Source of the DNA: Minisyncoccota bacterium
GTDB taxonomy: Bacteria; Patescibacteriota; Minisyncoccia; Phycocordibacterales; UBA6065
Assembly (NCBI GenBank): GCA_035765615.1
Contig: DASTXF010000082.1
Location: forward strand, 1-29,479
Reading direction: 5' to 3'
DNA: 29,479 nucleotides
Shown here: positions 16,196-23,818 of the stretch, piece after piece
Layout: every line of letters begins with the position of its first letter
How positions within the stretch are numbered: the stretch's first letter is position 1
Program-made: the position numbers and the translations under genes
The notes under the pieces: generated by a model
Database searches by the model: none
Told to the model about the DNA's origin: nothing
Seen by the model: the letters and a program-made list of their open reading frames with translations, nothing else

Positions 16196-16714
16196 TTATT
16201 TTGCCGCCTCCTCGCGAGCGAGATGCACGCTGTGGAGGAAGAACCGGCCATTTTCGAAAAGGACATGGTCATGGTATTCGGGCGTCGCTGAACGGGTGAG
16301 ACAGAGCTTCCAGATCTCGAGGGCGTATCCTGTGTCGATCTCACGAAGCGAAGGGTCGATCTTCTCGGGGAGATAGATGGCGCCGTGCTCGGTGTTGAAA
16401 AATCCGAAATCGATGGAAAAATCGACGACAGGATTTCGATCGAGATCACGCGCGTCCTCTTTCGAAGGAGCTTCGTCGTGGAGGACGCCGTGAGCGTCGA
16501 CCCAGTAGCTCTTTTCGAGGAATCGATACGACAGCTTCGATACGGCTCGTTGGCGTATGGATTTCCGGGCCTGCTGTTCGTTCGTCACAGCCTTTTCGCG
16601 GAGACCGTCGTTTCGGATCGAGAATTTCACGCGGCACGGGAGCTTTCCTGGAAACGGCCCGATTCTGTGATTCACAGGCTCGGGGAGCGCCGCGAATGTT
16701 CTCTGTTTGGTCAT
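16196..16714 (-). CDS. Hypothetical protein, 172 aa
   Basis: ORF followed immediately by a terminator; no recognised motif. Confidence 0.7.
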   Translation of the reverse strand: MTKQRTFAALPEPVNHRIGPFPGKLPCRVKFSIRNDGLREKAVTNEQQARKSIRQRAVSKLSYRFLEKSYWVDAHGVLHDEAPSKEDARDLDRNPVVDFSIDFGFFNTEHGAIYLPEKIDPSLREIDTGYALEIWKLCLTRSATPEYHDHVLFENGRFFLHSVHLAREEAAK

Positions 16715-16766
16715 GATGGTATGTGTTTTGGTTGAAGAACGTTTCGATTAATGCTACATATACCCC

Positions 16767-17825
16767 ATGGCAAGTCAAACTCGAGGCAAAGTCTTTGTCG
16801 GTCTTTCCGGCGGAGTTGATTCATCGGTTTCCGCAGCTCTTCTCAAGGAGCAGGGTTTTGACGTGACGGGCGTTTTTATAAAGGTCTGGCAGCCCGATTG
16901 GATGGAATGTTCTTCGCGCGAAGACCGTCTCGATGCTATGCGAGTGGCCGTAACGCTCGGAATTCCGTTTGTCACCCTCGACCTTGAAAAGGAATACAAA
17001 CAGGGAGTAGTTGATTACATGATTTCTGAATATGAGGCCGGCAGGACGCCGAACCCCGACGTTATGTGCAACCGAAGCGTAAAGTTCGGAGCATTCTTCG
17101 ATTGGGCCATGAAGCAGGGTGCGGATTATATTGCGACCGGCCATTACGCCTCGATCCGCTGGGAAAACGGGGTCTCAAAACTCATTGCGGGCAAAGACCA
17201 AGGCAAGGATCAGTCATATTTTCTCTGGACGCTCACCGAACGCGAGCTTTCAAAGACCATATTTCCGGTGGGCGGCATGGAAAAGAGTCAGACGCGAACG
17301 CTCGCGCGCAAATTCGCTTTGCCTGTTTCAGAAAAGAAAGACAGCCAAGGCCTCTGTTTTATCGGTAAAGTCGATATTAAGGAATTTCTTTCCCACTACG
17401 TCGAATCAAAAATCGGCGAGGTCATTGATGAAAATGGTGCAAAGATCGGCACTCATGACGGCGCCGTGTTTGTGACGCTCGGCGAGCGGCTCGGCTTCCA
17501 GCCATCAAAGAAATCAGCGGATGAAAAGCCGTATTTCGTAGTGGCAAAAGATATCCTGAGCAATACGATTACGGTTTCCCATCGATCACCGGACGGCAGC
17601 TTGCCGATCGAAAAGAGGGAGTACAAAATTATCCGCGAGAATTGGACCGTCACGCCAAGCAAAGATAAAGAGTATTGCGCACGAATCCGCCACCTCGGCG
17701 ATCTTCTGCCATGCAAGGTGGAGGGGGATAGGGTGATTTTTGAAAATAAGGTCATTATCGCGTCCGGCCAATCAATTGTTGTTTACGACGGCGACATTTG
17801 CATAGGTGGGGGAATCGTGGTTTGA
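16767..17825 (+). CDS. mnmA: tRNA-specific 2-thiouridylase MnmA
   Basis: VGLSGGVDSSV, TPNPDVMCN, ATGHYA, KDQSYFL, KKDSQGLCFIG. Confidence 0.97.
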   Translation: MASQTRGKVFVGLSGGVDSSVSAALLKEQGFDVTGVFIKVWQPDWMECSSREDRLDAMRVAVTLGIPFVTLDLEKEYKQGVVDYMISEYEAGRTPNPDVMCNRSVKFGAFFDWAMKQGADYIATGHYASIRWENGVSKLIAGKDQGKDQSYFLWTLTERELSKTIFPVGGMEKSQTRTLARKFALPVSEKKDSQGLCFIGKVDIKEFLSHYVESKIGEVIDENGAKIGTHDGAVFVTLGERLGFQPSKKSADEKPYFVVAKDILSNTITVSHRSPDGSLPIEKREYKIIRENWTVTPSKDKEYCARIRHLGDLLPCKVEGDRVIFENKVIIASGQSIVVYDGDICIGGGIVV

Positions 17826-17845
17826 TTCCACAAGCTCTTTTAATC

Positions 17846-18445
17846 ATGCATACACCCCGAACACTGCGGAGGCTTCCGCGGTATCTTTATCGTCATCATT
17901 CCCGGGAGGCCGGCTTCGTGCGCGTCCCTCTCACCGAAGTGATCGTTCTGCGCCTGTTCTACAGCCAAGTCCTCAATGTTGTTCGCTTCATTGCGCTCGG
18001 CTTCAGCATCGTCTCCGTGACTGTGTTTGCCGGGACTTCTCCCGATGATACGAACCTCCGGATTCTCGGATTCGCTGCCTCCTTCAGCCTCCTCTTCGCG
18101 TACATACTCGCGAGCGGACTCCGAAGAACGGCCAGGTTTTCGGAAAGCGAACAGAAATACTATCAAGACTTCGTACATTTCGTGGAGCGCATCGAGAATA
18201 TCCTTCAGTTCAACTCGGGCGCGAGAAGCTGGGGTGATTTCCCTCGATCCGAAGATCTGGAAAAGGAAATCGTTCGCAGGCTCACGGAAATGTCCCGCGA
18301 AGTAAAAGGTCCTCACGACCAGAATTTCGTCGATTTCGCTTCTGCTTGCGTCTTCTTCAAAGCGCGAGGTCTTTTGTCCGAGGAGAGCGAGCTTGAGCTT
18401 TCGAGGAATACGGGCGTTCTCATGAGCGAACCCAAGTATCGCTAA
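17846..18445 (+). CDS. Hypothetical membrane protein (~199 aa, 2-3 TM)
   Basis: Hydrophobic segments FIALGFSIVSVTVFA and ILGFAASFSLLFAYILA; followed by a terminator; start uncertain. Confidence 0.65.
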   Translation: MHTPRTLRRLPRYLYRHHSREAGFVRVPLTEVIVLRLFYSQVLNVVRFIALGFSIVSVTVFAGTSPDDTNLRILGFAASFSLLFAYILASGLRRTARFSESEQKYYQDFVHFVERIENILQFNSGARSWGDFPRSEDLEKEIVRRLTEMSREVKGPHDQNFVDFASACVFFKARGLLSEESELELSRNTGVLMSEPKYR

Positions 18446-18449
18446 CCAA

Positions 18450-18474
18450 GGCCGCGCTTCATGCGCGGCTTTTT
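18450..18474 (+). terminator. Rho-independent terminator
   Basis: GCCGCGC/GCGCGGC plus TTTTT. Confidence 0.8.
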
Positions 18475-18488
18475 GATATACTGTCTTC

Positions 18489-19322
18489 ATGTCTCCTCTC
18501 ATGATCGTCAAATCGACGGGCGAATCGGAGCCGTTTGATCCGGCGAAGCTCGCCAATTCCTTGCGAAAAGCAGGCGCGTCTAAAGAACAAGCAGAGAGCG
18601 TCCTTCTTCATGTCGAGCGCGACATGGTTTCTGGCATGACGACGACCGAGATTTACCGCCATGCATTTGAGATACTCCGAAAGATAGCCCAGCCCGTCGC
18701 GGCGCGATATTCGATGAAGCGCGCAATTGCCGATCTCGGCCCGAATGGCTTTCCGTTTGAAAAATTCATTGCCGAGATATTCAAATCGGAAGGGTATGAG
18801 GCCGTAACCGATCAGGTTGTTCACGGACACTGTGTCGAGCACGAGGTTGACGTTGTCGCATGGAAGGGCGAAGAACTCGTCATGGTGGAAGCCAAATTCC
18901 ACAACGAATCGGGAATCAAGTCCGATCTCAAAGTCGCCTTGTACGTTAAGGCTCGTTATGACGATCTCAAGGAAGAAACATTCGAATATGGCGGCAAGAA
19001 AAGAAAAATTACCTCATTTCAGCTTTTTACCAATACAAAATTCACCGATACCGCCATCCGATACGCCGAATGCAAAGGACTTTCTCTTGTTGGCTGGAAT
19101 TATCCGAAGCACGGGAATCTCGAGGATCTTGTATCCGAATCGGGGCTTCATCCGCTCACCTCGCTCATCTCGCTTTCCCAAACTGAGAAGCGTACGCTTC
19201 TCGACGCCGGCTTGGTTCTTTGCAAACAAGTAGCGGCCCAGGGAGCGAATTTGGTAAGCTACGGCATCAGCAAGGATAAGATGAATGCCGTCCTCGCGGA
19301 AATCGAACATCTCTGTGGCTAA
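18489..19322 (+). CDS. ATP-cone domain fused to a PD-(D/E)XK restriction-endonuclease-like (Mrr-cat-like) domain
   Basis: IVKSTGESEPFDPAKLANSL (ATP-cone); GFPFEKFIAEIF…HEVDVVA…MVEAKFH (nuclease motifs). Confidence 0.85.
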   Translation: MSPLMIVKSTGESEPFDPAKLANSLRKAGASKEQAESVLLHVERDMVSGMTTTEIYRHAFEILRKIAQPVAARYSMKRAIADLGPNGFPFEKFIAEIFKSEGYEAVTDQVVHGHCVEHEVDVVAWKGEELVMVEAKFHNESGIKSDLKVALYVKARYDDLKEETFEYGGKKRKITSFQLFTNTKFTDTAIRYAECKGLSLVGWNYPKHGNLEDLVSESGLHPLTSLISLSQTEKRTLLDAGLVLCKQVAAQGANLVSYGISKDKMNAVLAEIEHLCG

Positions 19323-20190
19323 TTTTCTCCCCAAAGCAAAACGAAGCGACGACTGGAACTACGGTGGGCCGAAGTGGAAGCTTTCACGATCAAAAATCGA
19401 TCTCTTTATGGAGTGTCCGAGGTGCTTTTATCTCGATAACAAGCTTGGTGTCGCTCGTCCAAAGGGCCCGTCGTTCACGCTGAACGTGGCCGTCGACGCT
19501 CTCCTTAAAAAGGAATTTGACGCGCACCGAAAAGCGGGAACCTCGCATCCTCTTATGACGCGCTATGGTGTCGACGCCGTGCCGTTCAAGCACGATGAAC
19601 TCGACGAGTGGAGGGACAACTTTGCTGGTATTCAATATCGTGATCCTGAATCGGGGCTCCTTATTACTGGAGCGATCGACGATGTCTGGGTTGCGAAGAA
19701 TGGCGACCTTATCGTTGTTGACTACAAAGCCACATCGAAAGACGGGAAAATGGAAAGTCTCGAAGACACCAAGTGGCAGAACCAGTACCGCCGCCAGATG
19801 GAGGTGTATCAGTGGCTTCTTCGAAAGAAAGGGTATCGCGTCTCAAATGTCGGCTATTTCGTATATGTAAATGGCAGGAAAGACCTTGAAGCATTCGACG
19901 GCAAGCTTGAATTCGACGTTACGCTCATTTCTCATAAGGGTGACGATTCCTGGGTTTCTCCAACAATCATCAAAGCCAAAGAGTGTCTCGATGCTCCGGA
20001 TGTACCGCCTCACAACCCGTATTGCGAATTCTGCGTGTATCGAAAGTCGGTGAGGGACGTACAGCTTGCTCTTATGAAAAAGCCGGAAAAAGGCGAGACA
20101 GAGGAAAAAGAAATGGCACCAAAGCCAAAGGCGAAAAAAACTCAAAAAAATGATGAACAGCCTCACAAAAAAACGGATACCCTCTTTTAA
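19315..20190 (+). CDS. PD-(D/E)XK nuclease family protein (RecB/AddB/Cas4-like fold)
   Basis: LSRSKIDLFMECPRCFY, ITGAIDD…IVVDYKAT, QMEVYQWLL, C-terminal CEFC; likely GTG start at 19315 overlapping the upstream stop. Confidence 0.88.
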   Translation: MANFLPKAKRSDDWNYGGPKWKLSRSKIDLFMECPRCFYLDNKLGVARPKGPSFTLNVAVDALLKKEFDAHRKAGTSHPLMTRYGVDAVPFKHDELDEWRDNFAGIQYRDPESGLLITGAIDDVWVAKNGDLIVVDYKATSKDGKMESLEDTKWQNQYRRQMEVYQWLLRKKGYRVSNVGYFVYVNGRKDLEAFDGKLEFDVTLISHKGDDSWVSPTIIKAKECLDAPDVPPHNPYCEFCVYRKSVRDVQLALMKKPEKGETEEKEMAPKPKAKKTQKNDEQPHKKTDTLF

Positions 20191-20446
20191 AGAACGCGTT
20201 CTCGCTGTCGTACGGGACATTCCAAACGGAAAAACGCTCTCATATCGCGAGGTCGCACTTCGGGCCGGCAGTCCAAATGCCGCACGCGCCGTTGGAACGA
20301 TCATGGCTGGAAATTCCGACACGTCTGTTCCATGCCATCGCGTCATTCGGTCCGACGGGTCGGTAGGAGACTACAACGGCATCCGCGGCGGAAAGCAAGG
20401 GCGCGCGGCAAAGGAGGCTCTTCTCAGAAAAGAAGGAGCACTCTAG
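20150..20446 (+). CDS. MGMT-family (O6-alkylguanine-DNA alkyltransferase) C-terminal-domain protein
   Basis: IPNGKTLSYREVA…AARAVG…VPCHRVI (active-site PCHR). Confidence 0.92.
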   Translation: MMNSLTKKRIPSFKERVLAVVRDIPNGKTLSYREVALRAGSPNAARAVGTIMAGNSDTSVPCHRVIRSDGSVGDYNGIRGGKQGRAAKEALLRKEGAL

Positions 20447-20515
20447 GACTTGTGCATAAGTCACTGGCATTCTTCCGGGAAGAGGATCAAAATAGCGGAA
20501 GAACCCCATATCCAC

Positions 20516-20809
20516 ATGCAACCAGCACTTGCGGACCCCGCGTCGGAACCACGCGCCGATTGCGGGATCATCCTCATGCCGGTCGAGTACCGTCTTTCGG
20601 CCCTCCAGGCCGAGAACGAAGCGCTCAAACAGCAGGTACGGGACCTTATGGCCCGCAACAGGCTTCTTGAGCAGCTCGCGATCGCGCTCGGAGATGTGAA
20701 CCGCTATTACGCCTCTCAAACGCTCGGGTGGTGTGCGAACGAAAATGAAGCGTTCGACCACTTCGTGTTCAATGGAGGCAAAAAGCATTATGACGAAGCC
20801 CACCGTTAG
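20516..20809 (+). CDS. Hypothetical coiled-coil protein (~97 aa; start uncertain)
   Basis: Heptad-like LSALQAENEALKQQVRDLMARNRLLEQL; the stop falls in a terminator. Confidence 0.6.
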   Translation: MQPALADPASEPRADCGIILMPVEYRLSALQAENEALKQQVRDLMARNRLLEQLAIALGDVNRYYASQTLGWCANENEAFDHFVFNGGKKHYDEAHR

Positions 20810-20819
20810 GTGGGCTTTT
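20796..20819 (+). terminator. Rho-independent terminator
   Basis: AAGCCCACC/GGTGGGCTT plus TT. Confidence 0.8.
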
Positions 20820-20833
20820 GCTATACTTGTCAC

Positions 20834-21430
20834 ATGGATCCAAAGACCGAGGAATTACGGAAAATCCGGGACGAAATCGTCGCGCTTGCCAGTTCGCCGC
20901 TCTACGAGTATCGCACTTCGAATAAATATCTTCCTGTTATAGGCGAAGGCAACCATGAATCACATCTTGTCTTTGTCGGGGAAGCGCCCGGCGAAAATGA
21001 GGCAAAGACCGGCCGGCCGTTTTGCGGCGCGGCGGGAAGGATTCTTGATGAGCTTCTCGCTTCGATCGCGATGGATAGGAAAACGGTATATGTTACAAAC
21101 CTTGTAAAAGACCGTCCTCCGGAGAACCGCGATCCGGAACCAGAAGAAATCACGCTTTATGGGCCATTTCTTGATCGGCAGATCGCGATCATGAAGCCTC
21201 GAGTCATTGCAACCCTCGGACGCCATTCCATGAAGTATGTATTTGAGAAATACGGCCTCTCTTCGGACCTCCAAACGATATCGAAAATTCACGGCAAGGA
21301 ATTCAAAGGGGTCGCTCCCTATGGCGAAGTGACGATCGTCGCCCTCTATCATCCCGCCGTTGCCCTCTATAACGGATCGATGAAGGGTGCCATGCTTGAG
21401 GACTTCAAATTACTTAAAAAATATATCTGA
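20834..21430 (+). CDS. Uracil-DNA glycosylase, family 4-like
   Basis: VFVGEAPGENEAKTGRPF.GAAG, YVTNLVKDRPPENRDP, LYHPAVAL. Confidence 0.93.
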   Translation: MDPKTEELRKIRDEIVALASSPLYEYRTSNKYLPVIGEGNHESHLVFVGEAPGENEAKTGRPFCGAAGRILDELLASIAMDRKTVYVTNLVKDRPPENRDPEPEEITLYGPFLDRQIAIMKPRVIATLGRHSMKYVFEKYGLSSDLQTISKIHGKEFKGVAPYGEVTIVALYHPAVALYNGSMKGAMLEDFKLLKKYI

Positions 21431-21431
21431 T

Positions 21432-23183
21432 ATGAAAACATCCTGGAATCTCGGCCTTCTCTATAAAAGTCATGATGACCCGCAAATCGAAAAAGACGTG
21501 CGGTCGGCCGAGCGGGCGTTTGCCGCTTTTGAGAAAAAATATCGAGGCAAAACCGATTATCTTCGAAATGATGGAAAACTCGCTGCGGCGCTTGCTGATT
21601 CCGAGGCGCTTTTCGAAAAGAGGGCATTCGAAAAGCCGGTTATTTATTTCCATTTCCTTCTTGATCTGAATAGCGAAGATGCCGCGGCACGAGCAAAAAT
21701 GTCTCAACTCTCCGAGCGTCTGACAAAGCTTGCTCAGAAGCGCATCTTCTTTGATCTCGCGATAGGAAAGATTCCTGCGCCCCTTCAGAAAAAATTCTTA
21801 AAGAGCAAGAAGCTCACTAAATATCGCTATCTTCTCGAACGGGCATTCGAGACGGCTAAGCATGACCTTTCCGAACCTGAAGAAAAGGTTCTGGGACTCA
21901 AATCGATCCCGGCATATCAGCTTTGGGTCGCGGGAACGGAAAAACTCCTCGGCACGAGGACGGTTGATTTCAAGGGCGAGACGATGCCGCTTCCTCAAGC
22001 CATGAATACGATCGGCGAATTGCCTACGGCGGATAACCGCGCGCTCCATGCTGCGGCCATGAAAGTGCTTGAGCCGCTCGCGCCGATCGCTGAAAGCGAA
22101 TTGAATGCCATCGTTACGAACAAAAAAATCGACGATGAACTGCGAGGCTTCAAAGAACCATTCGATGGAACTCTTTTGTCGTACGAAAACAAACGGGAAA
22201 GCGTTATGGCGCTCGTAAGCGCGGTTACGAAGAACTTTTCGGTAAGCCATCGGTTTTTCGAACTCAAGAAAAAACTTCTTAAGCTTCCGCACCTCGAGTA
22301 TGCCGACAGAAATACGGGAATAGGGCAGAACGTGAAGAAGGTGACATTCGACGAGGCTGTTTCGACGTTACGAAATGTCTTTTCGGGTATTGATCCGAAG
22401 TACCGCGGCATTCTCGACAGATTCCTCGAGAGCGGCCAAATCGATGTCTTTCCCAAAAAGGGCAAGAAAGGAGGCGCGTACTGCGCCGGATCGACGAATA
22501 TGCCGACATTTGTATTCTTGAATTTTTCCGGCGCGCAGGATGATGTTTCTACGTTTGCGCACGAAATGGGGCATGCGGTGCACACTGAATTGTCAAAAGT
22601 GCAACCGGTCATATACCAAGGCTACTCTACGGCGACCGCCGAAGTCGCAAGCACACTTTTCGAGTCTTTCGTTTTCGATGCCTTGTTCGAAAAACTTACT
22701 GATGCGGAAAAGGTCGTTGCCCTCCATAATCGAGTGAATGATTATATTCAGACAGTTTTCCGCCAGATCGCATGTTTCAACTTCGAAACGGAAATGCACA
22801 AGCTCATTCGAGAAAAGGGAGCGCTTTCAAAAGAAGAATTCAGCGCTCTCATGAATAAGCATATGGGATCGTATCTCGGTCCGGCTGTGCGCATGCAGGA
22901 CATTGATGGCAATTATTTCGTCTGGTGGTCGCACATTCGGCGATTCTTCTATGTGTATTCATATGCATTCGGCGCGCTCGTGTCCCGGGCTCTCTACGCC
23001 AAATACAAGGAAGACAAAAACTTCATTACGAAAATCAATGCATTCCTTTCGGCGGGCGGGAGCGATACGCCGGAAAACATCTTCAAAGCGGCCGGAATCG
23101 ATCTCACGAAGCCTGATTTTTGGACAAAAGGGATTAAGTCGATTGAAGAAGATCTCAAGCGGCTCGAGACATTGACGAAATAA
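21432..23183 (+). CDS. pepF: Oligoendopeptidase F (M3 family metallopeptidase)
   Basis: WNLGLLY N-terminus, KKGGAYC, HEMGH zinc motif, EVAST, YVYSYAFG. Confidence 0.92.
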   Translation: MKTSWNLGLLYKSHDDPQIEKDVRSAERAFAAFEKKYRGKTDYLRNDGKLAAALADSEALFEKRAFEKPVIYFHFLLDLNSEDAAARAKMSQLSERLTKLAQKRIFFDLAIGKIPAPLQKKFLKSKKLTKYRYLLERAFETAKHDLSEPEEKVLGLKSIPAYQLWVAGTEKLLGTRTVDFKGETMPLPQAMNTIGELPTADNRALHAAAMKVLEPLAPIAESELNAIVTNKKIDDELRGFKEPFDGTLLSYENKRESVMALVSAVTKNFSVSHRFFELKKKLLKLPHLEYADRNTGIGQNVKKVTFDEAVSTLRNVFSGIDPKYRGILDRFLESGQIDVFPKKGKKGGAYCAGSTNMPTFVFLNFSGAQDDVSTFAHEMGHAVHTELSKVQPVIYQGYSTATAEVASTLFESFVFDALFEKLTDAEKVVALHNRVNDYIQTVFRQIACFNFETEMHKLIREKGALSKEEFSALMNKHMGSYLGPAVRMQDIDGNYFVWWSHIRRFFYVYSYAFGALVSRALYAKYKEDKNFITKINAFLSAGGSDTPENIFKAAGIDLTKPDFWTKGIKSIEEDLKRLETLTK

Positions 23184-23221
23184 AATTTCGTGTTACTATC
23201 TGCTTAGATTGGAGGTGAAAT

Positions 23222-23752
23222 TTGAACATTGTTGAAAAAATCGACGATTACATTTGCTCGAAATACCAAGCCGTTTCTGATTGGATTCAGAAGATGACCG
23301 GCAAGACATGCTTCAGCTGCGCGGCGTTCTGTCTCTTTGTTTCATTCGTTGCCGGTATCTATCACGCTCAGATATCCGGAAACATGAAGTCGCTTTCGAG
23401 TAAAATCATGTCTCCGCTTCTCGAGTCGCTCCTGTTCTTTTATTGGCTCTACAAGATCGAGCTCATAAAATCCCGCTGCGAGTCTGGCAAGAAATTCATG
23501 AATCCGATGAAGATCGAATGGTTCGCATTCCGCACTGTCTGTTTCTTCGCGTTCTTTGGGCTTTCGGTCACGGAAGCGGCATGGAACCATAATGCCGTTT
23601 CGACAGTTGGGGCGATCCGTGAGTTTTTCTTTATTAGCTTTGTTTACTTCGGGAGCTGCACGCCGCCGCCCGGCGCCGAGAACTTTGTGAGCAAATGGAT
23701 CGACGCGCTTTCAGGCTTCCTCTTCGGAAAGCTTGCCACTGCGTCGGATTAG
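23222..23752 (+). CDS. Hypothetical multi-pass membrane protein, 176 aa
   Basis: TTG start with strong SD GGAGGTG; about four hydrophobic segments; terminator follows. Confidence 0.75.
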   Translation: MNIVEKIDDYICSKYQAVSDWIQKMTGKTCFSCAAFCLFVSFVAGIYHAQISGNMKSLSSKIMSPLLESLLFFYWLYKIELIKSRCESGKKFMNPMKIEWFAFRTVCFFAFFGLSVTEAAWNHNAVSTVGAIREFFFISFVYFGSCTPPPGAENFVSKWIDALSGFLFGKLATASD

Positions 23753-23757
23753 TATCG

Positions 23758-23786
23758 ATATCGGCCCGCTGGGCCGATATTTTTTT
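23758..23786 (+). terminator. Rho-independent terminator
   Basis: ATATCGGCCC/GGGCCGATAT plus T run. Confidence 0.85.
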
Positions 23787-23818
23787 ATGACGAGAATTGT
23801 GTTAAATTAGCCATTACT

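Noticed and set aside
19315-20190. cas4 / CRISPR locus
   Set aside because: No repeat-spacer array and no cas1/cas2 anywhere in the window; solo PD-(D/E)XK nucleases are common.
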